Source of the DNA: a virus
DNA length: 64,000 bases
Direction: 5' to 3' (one strand)
IMG/VR virus record: IMGVR_UViG_3300048997_000353
Span: 44,442 to 108,441 of that record
In this document: piece by piece, positions 1 to 8,971 of the stretch
How positions within the stretch are numbered: position 1 is the stretch's first letter
How the letters are laid out: each line of letters begins with the position of its first letter
Notes under the pieces: model-generated
What the model was told of the DNA's origin: nothing
The model's input: the letters and a program-made list of their open reading frames with translations, nothing else
The model's database searches: none
Made by a program: the position numbers and the translations under genes

Positions 1-1392
1 CGAACCGCCCCAAGTCTTACCGCACTGTTGGCATCTCCTGCCATTTGAAAAAATAATCGTGCACTCTGCGCTGCAATGGGGACAGATGGCGAGAGGCGCT
101 GGCTGTGGAATGTCCGCCGCCGCCCGGATCCGGCGGTGCGTCACATCGTCCATCTTGTTGGACCTGTAATAATAGTGGTACATCACTTCGGGAACATAGT
201 GTTCCAGTTTTACAACATTCAATTCCCGCAACGCATCGGACCAACGGTGATCCTCGCCGAAACCGCCGTCCATGGAAACCTTGAGTGCGAGCGACGTCAG
301 GATCGGATTGACGTGCGAGATGTCCCGGTAGTGACCGTCCTGATCTGAATTCCAACCATCGTATTTCAGGGAATGATAGGTAGGCTTCATCGCGTCGCCA
401 TCGATATAGCACTGCAATTGGAAGCCGACATAATCAATGCCATCAAGCAAGGGCAGAATACTTTCCACATAATCCGGAGCGACAATATCGTCGTCGTCGA
501 CGAAGCAGCTATATTCTCCGACCGCTTGCTCGCGCATGGCCTGGCGGTTTTCCCCGAGGCCCATATTTTCATCGAACAAGCGAATGTCGATTTCCACGCC
601 GGGCGCGCGATCGACTTGCGGCTGCAGGACAGCCAGCAGCTTCTCCAGAAAATCGGCGCGCGACGGCTGCGTCAAAATCATGATTGTCCATTTTGTCGGC
701 ACTTTGACTTCTCCCCTGATTGCTTTTTTTAGTTTTTCCACGTCAGCCTTTCTTCGAAGAGTAAGCGCCTGATAGGTTCCTTCCACCCAATCGCCCTCGT
801 GCCTTTCCAGCCGTTCCTGGGTGGTTTTGTCGATCTGCGCTTTACCGAAGACGTGATGCATGTGCTCGATCACAACGGTGGGCAGATAGCGGCGGCGACC
901 CAATTGATTTGCAAGAAAATTGATCCACGTATCGCCAAAGTCAGAGCTGAAATAGGGCGGCACGAAATACCCGACAGCTTCGACCCAGCGGCGGTGCACG
1001 AACGGATGGGCGCCGGCCTTGTCTGGAGCTGGCCCTCCATCGTTTCCATGGACCATCAGGATCCGGTCCAGGCAGGGAGAAAATGCTTCTTCGACGAGCC
1101 GATTCCAGCCTGGCGTGTGGAAGATCACGTCGTCATTGCATTGCATGACGATATCGCCCTTGGCTATTTTGAAAAGTTCATTCCAGGTCTGCGTGAGCAG
1201 AATTCGCGGACCCACGATATAGCGGATTCCGAGCTGCTCTGCCATCGTCGCAGATGGTTTGTCGTCATCGTCCACGTAGACAATAATTTCGACTGGATGA
1301 GTTGAATCCATCTCAACGGAGCGCCGGATTGACTCGACCGTGCGTGCTAGTCCGGCCGGCCGGCCGCGGGTGGGAAAGAGAACAGAGATCAT
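1..1392 (-). CDS. Tandem GT2-family glycosyltransferase, 3' end runs off the window
   Basis: Absent from the ORF track because it has no stop. Manual translation from ATG 1392 (RBS GGAGAGG) is open to base 1: MISVLFPTRGRP...VYVDDDD...QCNDD, then a second domain ...ENRQAMREQAVGEYSCFVDDDD, then a C-terminal CPHC...CQQC ribbon. Confidence 0.8.
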   Translation of the reverse strand, partial: MISVLFPTRGRPAGLARTVESIRRSVEMDSTHPVEIIVYVDDDDKPSATMAEQLGIRYIVGPRILLTQTWNELFKIAKGDIVMQCNDDVIFHTPGWNRLVEEAFSPCLDRILMVHGNDGGPAPDKAGAHPFVHRRWVEAVGYFVPPYFSSDFGDTWINFLANQLGRRRYLPTVVIEHMHHVFGKAQIDKTTQERLERHEGDWVEGTYQALTLRRKADVEKLKKAIRGEVKVPTKWTIMILTQPSRADFLEKLLAVLQPQVDRAPGVEIDIRLFDENMGLGENRQAMREQAVGEYSCFVDDDDIVAPDYVESILPLLDGIDYVGFQLQCYIDGDAMKPTYHSLKYDGWNSDQDGHYRDISHVNPILTSLALKVSMDGGFGEDHRWSDALRELNVVKLEHYVPEVMYHYYYRSNKMDDVTHRRIRAAADIPQPAPLAICPHCSAECTIIFSNGRRCQQCGKTWGGS

Positions 1393-1595
1393 TCGCCTCT
1401 CCAGATTTGATTGACTCGATCCCTCGTGGTTTCCTTGAATAAAACAGCGCCACTCGGAAGATCGTCACAATGTTCAAACCAGAAGTTAGCTCCCTCCGGA
1501 TCCGAGAGAATATTGAAAACATCGGGAACCAACTGGTTATCGCTAATTTCTAGAAACTGTTCCGCGCCGTTCGTGAATTTCAAAATCAGTTTCAT
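1389..1595 (-). CDS. Hypothetical protein, 68 aa
   Basis: ATGA-type overlaps with both neighbours; starts MKLILKF. Confidence 0.6.
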   Translation of the reverse strand: MKLILKFTNGAEQFLEISDNQLVPDVFNILSDPEGANFWFEHCDDLPSGAVLFKETTRDRVNQIWRGE

Positions 1596-2131
1596 GCAGG
1601 CCTCTGGAAAATGGCCAGCCCCACGATGCTGGGAAAGACCAGGTGTGGCCAATGGAGCTGCTGAAAATAATCGTAGAGTTCTGCGCAATCAAAACCCACG
1701 TCGTGCATGGCCACAATGCCAAGCGGGGCGACGTTGTGATTGCCCAGAAGTTCTAATTCTTCTAGACGGACTGGTTGTATTCCTGAATCGATAAAAACGA
1801 AATCAATGTCCGTGAGCGATACCGACTGAATCAAAACCTTGCCCTGTGATTCCATGACGGTTACTGGAAGGCCCTGCAGCCGGATCGAGGCGGCTTTGAC
1901 AGTTTCCGGATCCACGTCGCAAGTCAACAGCCGTCCAAACCCATTTTTAAGCAGAGCCTTGCCGATCTGTTCCGCGCTATCCCCGACATACGTGCCGGTT
2001 TCGAGGCAGAGTCGCGGCTTCACCAGCCGCACCAGCCCATGCAGAAACTCACCAACCTCGACTTCCACTCCCTTCTGTCTTATGTATAGGTCTTTTCGAT
2101 TACAGGCTGGGATCTGCGGGTAAAGTCTCAT
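1592..2131 (-). CDS. Class I SAM-dependent methyltransferase (Methyltransf_24-like)
   Basis: LCLETGTYVGDS motif I, IDFVFIDSG, GIVAMHD. Confidence 0.85.
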   Translation of the reverse strand: MRLYPQIPACNRKDLYIRQKGVEVEVGEFLHGLVRLVKPRLCLETGTYVGDSAEQIGKALLKNGFGRLLTCDVDPETVKAASIRLQGLPVTVMESQGKVLIQSVSLTDIDFVFIDSGIQPVRLEELELLGNHNVAPLGIVAMHDVGFDCAELYDYFQQLHWPHLVFPSIVGLAIFQRPA

Positions 2132-3174
2132 ACGCCAACTTTCGCTGTGACCGGGGCGAGTAATTTCTCAAGCATTTGCTCCAAGGTGAATTCCCGATGG
2201 ACGAGTTCGCAGCCGGCGCGCGCGATCCGTTCGCGGTCCGCATCATCTTCCATGAAATGCAGAATGTCCTTGGCATTTTGTTTCAGGTAGCCCGGATCGT
2301 AATAGACCAGGTGCTCGTTATTTTTGAAGAGCACATTATTTTTCGAGGATCCACCCGGCATCCTGGGATACATGACGAACGTTCCACAGGCCATCACTTC
2401 GAACACCTTGCAGACGAGCAGCCTCGACATGGGCGGCAGACAGAAAAACACTTTGATCTGGCGATAGTTTTCCGCGAGCAGTTCCGTGCTTTCGAGTTCC
2501 AGCACGCCGCCGATGTCCTGCACGAGAACTTGGCCGTGATGAAACGTCACCGAATCCGGTAAAAACGGTGCGAGCTTGGAGAGATATTCCTGCCGCAAGG
2601 GGTACAGTGAACCGATGAAACCAAGCGCGTACTTCTTTTCATTATACGCGCACGTTTTCAGCCATTCCTCGCTCGTGTCCGGAAAAGCATGTATCCCTGT
2701 GAGTTTTTTAAGTCCCGGCTTGAACATTGTTGTGTCGGCACCGAACGGTAGCCAATCACCGCCATACTTGTCGGCATCCTGCGCCGCCGGAAAAGAATAA
2801 AAATTGGCCCAGCGTTTGAGCTCATCGAGCCGTGCCGGCAAACCCAGGTCCGTACGGTCCATCGTTTCATCGAACCTGGCAATCACTGGCACTTTCAAAT
2901 CCTTCCAGCGACCCTCGTACACATCCGCAAGCCAAGCCTGCGTGTATTCATGAAACGCGCTGATCACCACGTCACAGGAATTCAGATCCTCGATCGACGG
3001 CATTTTGTTTCGAAGAAACTGGATCCCCGGAAGCTGCACACCCGGATGATTCCCAGGGAACGGACAATCCAAAACTTCGTGTCCCATTCGTTCAAGTGTG
3101 AGGCGGTAGCCGCCCAGGGTAAACCAAGATGCTAAAACATTGCGGGGGTAGAACAGAGCAATTTTCACAGGCAA
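2128..3174 (-). CDS. GT-B glycosyltransferase (CgeB/Glyco_trans_1_2-like)
   Basis: LGFIGSLYPLR, KVFEVMACG and RERIARAGCELVHREFT are typical of CgeB-like C-termini. Confidence 0.85.
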   Translation of the reverse strand: MPVKIALFYPRNVLASWFTLGGYRLTLERMGHEVLDCPFPGNHPGVQLPGIQFLRNKMPSIEDLNSCDVVISAFHEYTQAWLADVYEGRWKDLKVPVIARFDETMDRTDLGLPARLDELKRWANFYSFPAAQDADKYGGDWLPFGADTTMFKPGLKKLTGIHAFPDTSEEWLKTCAYNEKKYALGFIGSLYPLRQEYLSKLAPFLPDSVTFHHGQVLVQDIGGVLELESTELLAENYRQIKVFFCLPPMSRLLVCKVFEVMACGTFVMYPRMPGGSSKNNVLFKNNEHLVYYDPGYLKQNAKDILHFMEDDADRERIARAGCELVHREFTLEQMLEKLLAPVTAKVGV

Positions 3175-3194
3175 GACTCTACCATCAAACGGGA

Positions 3195-3344
3195 TTATTT
3201 CTGTTTCGATTTTTGGGGTTGCTGTTTCTGCTGTTGTTCCTGCTGCTGCTTAGTAAGCTGTTTCTGTAATTCGATTTTCAGGATTTCGTTTTCAACATAG
3301 AGCTGCCCAATCTTCCCGTATAGAGTTGCAACCGTGATTTCCAT
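3195..3344 (-). CDS. Small coiled-coil protein, 49 aa
   Basis: RBS AAGGAAA before MEITVATLYGKIGQLYVENE; Gln-rich tail. Confidence 0.55.
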   Translation of the reverse strand: MEITVATLYGKIGQLYVENEILKIELQKQLTKQQQEQQQKQQPQKSKQK

Positions 3345-3354
3345 GATTTTCCTT

Positions 3355-4011
3355 TTAGGAAGTGCTGTCCGTGATGAGTCCGTATGCGGCGAGAGCGGTG
3401 AGCAAACTGGCGAGCGCGGCGTTCGCGCCCTTCGATCCGCTGACGGTTTGTTTCGCTGCGGGCGTTGTGGAGAAGAAGCCGACATCCCCATTTATCTGAA
3501 GAGCATTATCCGCTTGAAGATTACCTCCAAAACGCCACAGCGACGCTGATGCATTCCATCCCAATGAACCGCCAGAAACAGCTTCGTCGGCGTAAATAGC
3601 GAAATCGCCTGACTGGAAAGCATTGATTGCTGCGAACCTGCTAGGGGCGGCCTTGTCATAAAAAACTACGTTGAACACAGCGTTACTATTACTGTCCGTT
3701 CCCAAAGCTAGCAGCGCATGTTCGCCGTCAAAATTACCTACACCTTTCCCCGAGATGACGATCTCGCACTCGTCAAATTCCAAAACATGCCCACCCATCG
3801 CAAACGTCTTATCCGCCGTGGGATCTAGGATCTGATCGAGCGTGGGAAAGCTTCCGCCCCCGCCACCACCGCCGATAGCTGCGCCAGCCGCATAAATCTG
3901 GCCTGTTACATCGTCGATTTCCAGCGATGGAATAATGGCTCCGTTAGATTGCTGTTCAAAAACTGGCGAGGAATTGCCAACAGGAATTGCGACCAATCTT
4001 CGCAGTGCCAT
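3355..4011 (-). CDS. Putative virion decoration/head-fibre-like protein
   Basis: Downstream of the capsid gene; C-terminal GFFSTTPAAKQTVSGSKGANAALASLLTALAAYGLITD resembles phage fibre trimerisation tails. Confidence 0.55.
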   Translation of the reverse strand: MALRRLVAIPVGNSSPVFEQQSNGAIIPSLEIDDVTGQIYAAGAAIGGGGGGGSFPTLDQILDPTADKTFAMGGHVLEFDECEIVISGKGVGNFDGEHALLALGTDSNSNAVFNVVFYDKAAPSRFAAINAFQSGDFAIYADEAVSGGSLGWNASASLWRFGGNLQADNALQINGDVGFFSTTPAAKQTVSGSKGANAALASLLTALAAYGLITDSTS

Positions 4012-4496
4012 TATTTTCCTACCCAGCCCGAAGAAGTAGATCCTCCGGATTCCTTGACATAGAGCGTAGTGCCAGCTCCTCCACTCAAATTCAGATAGAT
4101 CGATCCGACTGGTGCCGCCACCACGCCCGCGGGACTACCAATTCCGCTCATCGGGAGAATCGTGCCACCTTGAAAACTTGCACCAGGCCCCGAGCTGCTC
4201 ACGGTCACGCCAACGCTCACGCCCGCGCCGCCAGTCCACGTCGCAACCAAAATGAAATTGTCGTAGGTATCGCTGAGGGCAATGACCCGCTTGGCATTCG
4301 TCAGTCCCGCGTACGTGTCGAGGATCGCGACGTCGCCATTGTTCTTCACGCCCTGCACAACCAGGTTCACCGTGGCGGGCGCGCCCTTAATTACGTAATC
4401 GAATTCGATGGAGGTGCTGTTCTGCAGAGCGTTTGAAATGGTGACGAGCTTGCCGGATTCATCGACCGTGAACTGCTGCTGCTGAACTTGGCTCAT
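4011..4496 (-). CDS. Putative virion structural protein
   Basis: Beta-rich; GSPAGVVAAPVGSIYLN...LYVKESG...GW motif common in phage structural proteins; RBS CAGGAG. Confidence 0.6.
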   Translation of the reverse strand: MSQVQQQQFTVDESGKLVTISNALQNSTSIEFDYVIKGAPATVNLVVQGVKNNGDVAILDTYAGLTNAKRVIALSDTYDNFILVATWTGGAGVSVGVTVSSSGPGASFQGGTILPMSGIGSPAGVVAAPVGSIYLNLSGGAGTTLYVKESGGSTSSGWVGK

Positions 4497-4607
4497 GAAA
4501 TCTCCTGTGGTACTCTGCTGCGCACATCACGTAGCGGCATGTTCCCACTGGTCATGACACGACGCGACATGTCCGCACACGACGGGACGTTACGGAGCAG
4601 CAAAACT

Positions 4608-4650
4608 AAACCAAGACAATGGCGGGAGCGATTCGTAGTCGCTCCCGCCA
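4608..4650 (-). terminator. Intrinsic terminator after the major capsid gene
   Basis: Inverted repeat TGGCGGGAGCGA/TCGCTCCCGCCA (4620-4650) followed by T-rich sequence on the minus strand. Confidence 0.7.
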
Positions 4651-4661
4651 CCTTTGTTTCC

Positions 4662-6578
4662 TTAGCTTTGGACCGGACCGTACTTGGCTTCGGCCTTTTT
4701 CAAGATGCGGGAGAACAACGCTTTCACTCCGGCCTTGAGGAAGGAAGATTTCTCAACCACACGCGCAGCGCGTTCGCCGTATGTGCGATAGAGATCCATA
4801 ACCAACTTGGCAACTGGTCCCGACTTTTCGTAGTCGTTGACCAGCCAAGTGCGGCACTTGCTGACCCGAGGTCCGGTGAAGAAATTCTCATCGAACGCGA
4901 CTGCTGCCAGCCAGCACGGAGCCACAAAAGGACCGATTCCGGTTCTCACAGCAGTAATCCACGGCATGTAGTGAGCCAATACTTGGTGGATGTACGTGCC
5001 GAAGGTCCACTGCCGGGAAACCGTGGGCCACTCGATCGCGTAGTAATCCCGTTGAGTCAGGAACTGCCGCACGGCCGGGATCCGGCTATGCGGGTAGGGA
5101 TTGGTGTTGATGTCGTACACGATCGTGCCGGCGGGAAACATCGGATGGAGCCGGATGGGAATGACGGCGGAACCGGTGGGGCTGATGGAGTATTTGGATT
5201 TGTACCCCGTCACGGCGAAGCCGGCGGTCAAGCCGGAATCCTGGCCCGCTTTGTCGTACCCGAACACGAAGCTGTTGGTGCCCGTCGACGAGTAGATCAC
5301 TGCGGACTCGAGTGAGGCGCGGACGTCGGACGAAACCCAGATAGCATCGGGTTGGGCTTGGTAGTTATTCCACATGAAGGCGAGGTCGGCTTCGATTTCG
5401 GCGACTTGGCCATTGCCGGCGGGGGTCAAGCTTCCGCCGTTCATGTCGGTCCAGTTTCCGTTGAGGAAAGTGTAAGTACCGAGGCCATCGAAATCGGTGG
5501 TCTGGTAGCTGTTGTCAACGTTGAGGCCAGCGGCGGCACCGGTTTGTGTTCCTGCAGCGGCAGCGACGATGGTGTAGCTGGGCCATGCGGTGATGGCGCC
5601 GAGTTTCACGTTGGCGGCGGATGCGGATACGTTCACACCCCAGAACCAGGCATAGGCGACAGCGCCCTTCATGGCGGGGATGGAGACGTTAACTTTTTGT
5701 GCCGCTGCGTTTGTGGTCACGAGGGCGGCCACGTTGGAAATGGCGCTGCAGCCGCAGGCCACGTTCGTGGTTGTGCCGTCCGCGTTGGTCCGAACGTAAT
5801 TGGTGGTGAGACCGTTTACGACGGAAGGGGGAGCCGCATAGCCGGCCTGTCCGCCCGGGTTCATGCCCATGCCGGTGATGGCGACAACCGCCACAACGAC
5901 GTTGGCCGAAGTTCCGAGCGCGCCCGTTCCTGTTGCCAGGGCAGACGTCACGTTCGTGGCTTGACCGAGAGCGAAACCCAAGTTGCCGGCGTTGAGCGAA
6001 TTGGGACCGGAGTTGCCCCAGATCGTCATCATTTCCTCTTGGAGCCGGAGGCGCGCCAAGTTGCGGAAATGTTCGTCGGCCAGGTTATCGGTGTAGCCTT
6101 CCCCGGCAAACTGCGCCGTGAACGTTTCTCCACCGTCCATGCCCATTTCCTTGTAAGTCGCGAGGTAATCGACTTCGTTCGGCGTGGCGATGGCGTTGCG
6201 TTGCCCTTCGAGCAAACCGGAATAGACGAACGTGGAGTTCGGATTCCGCGTGGCCTTCCAGTGCGCCGAGGTGCCGACGCCGGCATTCACTTTTCCGGAC
6301 TTGCCGATCATCTGGATGAACGGCGTGAGCAACGGGAAAATGAAATAGGCGGGCCCGCGCAGATCGTAAAAATTGAAGCCGAGGGCGGTGGTGACGCCGG
6401 CCTTGATCAGCGCGCGGCCGGCACGCTTAACCAGCGGATGTTCGGGCGACCAGTCCTTGAGGGGGATGGCTCGTGCCTGCTTGCAAAGGTCGGCAATTTG
6501 CGGATCCGACATCGCCTTTGCCATCTGCCCGCGGCTCATCATGGTAGCGGCCGCGTACATTTCTTGCGGAACTTTCAT
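4662..6578 (-). CDS. Major capsid protein with an extra C-terminal ~80 aa Cys-initiated domain
   Basis: Position after protease and scaffold; FYDLRGPAYFIFPLLTP N-terminus; IPIRLHPMFPAGTI...RDYYAIEWP capsid-like C-terminal region; followed by a terminator. Confidence 0.8.
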   Translation of the reverse strand: MKVPQEMYAAATMMSRGQMAKAMSDPQIADLCKQARAIPLKDWSPEHPLVKRAGRALIKAGVTTALGFNFYDLRGPAYFIFPLLTPFIQMIGKSGKVNAGVGTSAHWKATRNPNSTFVYSGLLEGQRNAIATPNEVDYLATYKEMGMDGGETFTAQFAGEGYTDNLADEHFRNLARLRLQEEMMTIWGNSGPNSLNAGNLGFALGQATNVTSALATGTGALGTSANVVVAVVAITGMGMNPGGQAGYAAPPSVVNGLTTNYVRTNADGTTTNVACGCSAISNVAALVTTNAAAQKVNVSIPAMKGAVAYAWFWGVNVSASAANVKLGAITAWPSYTIVAAAAGTQTGAAAGLNVDNSYQTTDFDGLGTYTFLNGNWTDMNGGSLTPAGNGQVAEIEADLAFMWNNYQAQPDAIWVSSDVRASLESAVIYSSTGTNSFVFGYDKAGQDSGLTAGFAVTGYKSKYSISPTGSAVIPIRLHPMFPAGTIVYDINTNPYPHSRIPAVRQFLTQRDYYAIEWPTVSRQWTFGTYIHQVLAHYMPWITAVRTGIGPFVAPCWLAAVAFDENFFTGPRVSKCRTWLVNDYEKSGPVAKLVMDLYRTYGERAARVVEKSSFLKAGVKALFSRILKKAEAKYGPVQS

Positions 6579-6673
6579 CGATTATCTCCAGTCAAAAAAG
6601 AAGTGCTCGCGCAGTGCGAGTGAAACTCTTCTTCGTCTGACCGGGAACGAAGGATGATTTTTGTTACTGCCGT

Positions 6674-7348
6674 TTAGACGCCGAGGGCGTCTGCGAATTC
6701 CGGGGGAACTTTGCTCGAATCGATCGGAGCACCGCCGGGACGCGGAACCATCGTGGGACCCTTGGGCCCATCGGGCAACGCGCCGTGAACGGACGTGGGA
6801 ACCAGTTTGTCGCCAAGCTGCTCGGCAACCTGGGCCATGACCGCTTTTTTGAACATCTCCTTGAATTCGGGAGAGTCCTTGATTTCCTTGACGGCCGATG
6901 TGAGTGCTTCTCCCATGAGACCGCCCACCGTCGCCTTCACGTCGGCACTCTCCAGGAGTTTTGCCGCATTCGATTCAGCCGGAGCTGCTGCTGGATCGGC
7001 CGTTGCGCCTGCGCCGGCAGCCGCTGCCTTTGCAGCCTTGCCGTCACCGTCCATCGCGGTCTGGCAAGCGCCCATGTGTTCGCTGTGTGCCTTGTGAAGA
7101 GTGGCTGCCTCTTCGTGATGTGCTGCCAACGCTTTGTGCATCTCGTGGGCGGCGCCGAAGTAAGCCTTATCCACATGATCGTTTTCCAACGCCTCGTGCT
7201 TGGCCTTGGCCAGAGCCGCGTGATCGGTGTGGGCCTTCGCCATGGCTGTGTTGCACTTGTGCAACGCCATGTGATGTTCGGCGGATTTGCCGAAGTGCGT
7301 TCCCATCCCGCCCATCGCTTTCACGATGGCTTCAACTGTCTTGTCCAT
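6674..7348 (-). CDS. Putative capsid scaffolding protein, His/Ala-rich helical
   Basis: RBS AGGAGG before ATG 7348; lies between protease and capsid; predicted all-helical composition. Confidence 0.6.
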   Translation of the reverse strand: MDKTVEAIVKAMGGMGTHFGKSAEHHMALHKCNTAMAKAHTDHAALAKAKHEALENDHVDKAYFGAAHEMHKALAAHHEEAATLHKAHSEHMGACQTAMDGDGKAAKAAAAGAGATADPAAAPAESNAAKLLESADVKATVGGLMGEALTSAVKEIKDSPEFKEMFKKAVMAQVAEQLGDKLVPTSVHGALPDGPKGPTMVPRPGGAPIDSSKVPPEFADALGV

Positions 7349-7402
7349 GCCGTTCCTCCTGAGATACAGATGCCGCTTGACCGGAGCGGCTGATTCCAAA
7401 AA

Positions 7403-8893
7403 TTAGGCCGTGACGTGAATCCGTTCCTTGATATCTTCCTTGAGCTCCTGACTTTCCTCCTGGACCATTTCGACCAGGATGTCGACCAGGTCATTCACGT
7501 TTTCCTGTAGATGCGCTGGCAGCGGGGAATCGGTGTCCTCTTCCCATTCCTGTTCGGACACGACGCTGAACAGGATATAACTCAGGCCTTGCACATATTC
7601 CGCCAGGCGGGAGACTTCGTACATTCCCTTGGCCAGTTTTCCCAGATCGGAATCGAGAAATGAAAGTGTGTGGCCGACGTCGCCTTTTTTTCGCGACAGC
7701 TTGTTGACGCTGATCCGCGCCTGCTTCCGCAGGTAGGAGTGGATGGAGGCTAGTTTTGCCTTATCCAAGGCCACATCGATTCCCTGTTGCTTCGCGGCGG
7801 CGACGACCCGCGCATACGTTTTATCTTTTTCGCCTGCCGGAATGGCCTTGGTTTGATTGAAGCGCGCCAGGGCTTTGCGGACATGCGATTTGGTTTTGCT
7901 GTCGCTCGAAAATTTAATGGGCAATTCCCAGGTCGCCGGATCGTTCTTGTTGCCGACGTAGGCGAACGCCGAGGAAGCGAGATCTTCGCTGGCCACCCGT
8001 TTCGTTTTCACCTTGGCGATATTGGGATCGGCGGCTTTCAGCAGGGCAACTTCCCTCTCGACTGCGGCGCGGACGAGTTTTTCAATCCGGCCCTCGTCTC
8101 TGAATGTTGGTTCCACTTTGGAGAACTTGCGCAATTCCAGAGCGCCATCGGATTTCACGTAGGCAAAGTGGGCTGAGGCCAAACAGGGATTATCGACGAG
8201 CGAACATTCGCTGGGATTGGCGACGTACCGCATGCAGTTCTTATAAACCGGATCTGGGACCATCTCGCCCACCTTGCGGCCGCCCTGCGAAAATCCGGTG
8301 TACACATTCTTCTGCACTTTTTTCCAGGCATCGTCGTCGACCACTTCGAAACCCATAAAAATTTCGCGGTCATTATCGCGGAAATCGAATCCGATGCCCT
8401 TGCCCACAGCGTCGAGCTGGTGCATGGCACGAAGAGGAAAACAATTATCGCCGCCCGCCGGGTTGGCTTGGCTCGCTTTCTTCATTTCGGCAATGACAGC
8501 TTCGTAGTAGGGCTTGGAGCCAGCATAATCGCAGACTTCATCGTCTTTGTCCGGGACCTCGGCCGTGACGATGCCCCATACCTGTCGCTTGGCCTCGTCG
8601 ATTTTGACGAAGGGAATGAATTTTCGAAATTCACTTGGCATCGCTTTCTCCTTTTTTGCTGGCTCGTACTCGTTGCAGCAATCGCCGGCCGCCACGGGAA
8701 TCAGACCTGTATCATCAACGAAAACTTGCAAGTCTGGATCAGTAATCACATCAAGGTTTGAACAATGTGCCTTCTCCATAAACCTGCAATGACTACACCG
8801 GAACGGTCCATTCTTGGCTCGGGCAAACCCGGTTGCGGCAGTTCCAATCGCCTTCTGCAACTGTTCCACCTCATCACACACACAAAAGCCCAC
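7403..8893 (-). CDS. Prohead maturation protease (XkdF-like) with C-terminal helical domains; alternative start at 8641
   Basis: KIDEAKRQVWGIVTAEVPDKDDE, LRAMHQ, YTGFSQGG and ECSLVDNP match HK97-type protease motifs; AAGGAG RBS precedes ATG 8641. Confidence 0.8.
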   Translation of the reverse strand: MGFCVCDEVEQLQKAIGTAATGFARAKNGPFRCSHCRFMEKAHCSNLDVITDPDLQVFVDDTGLIPVAAGDCCNEYEPAKKEKAMPSEFRKFIPFVKIDEAKRQVWGIVTAEVPDKDDEVCDYAGSKPYYEAVIAEMKKASQANPAGGDNCFPLRAMHQLDAVGKGIGFDFRDNDREIFMGFEVVDDDAWKKVQKNVYTGFSQGGRKVGEMVPDPVYKNCMRYVANPSECSLVDNPCLASAHFAYVKSDGALELRKFSKVEPTFRDEGRIEKLVRAAVEREVALLKAADPNIAKVKTKRVASEDLASSAFAYVGNKNDPATWELPIKFSSDSKTKSHVRKALARFNQTKAIPAGEKDKTYARVVAAAKQQGIDVALDKAKLASIHSYLRKQARISVNKLSRKKGDVGHTLSFLDSDLGKLAKGMYEVSRLAEYVQGLSYILFSVVSEQEWEEDTDSPLPAHLQENVNDLVDILVEMVQEESQELKEDIKERIHVTA

Positions 8894-8971
8894 CGGCGAT
8901 TAACCACTGGCCGGTGGGCTATTTCAAGGCTCGTAATCGTGAGCAAAAGTACCTTGTTTCATTCTCATGCG

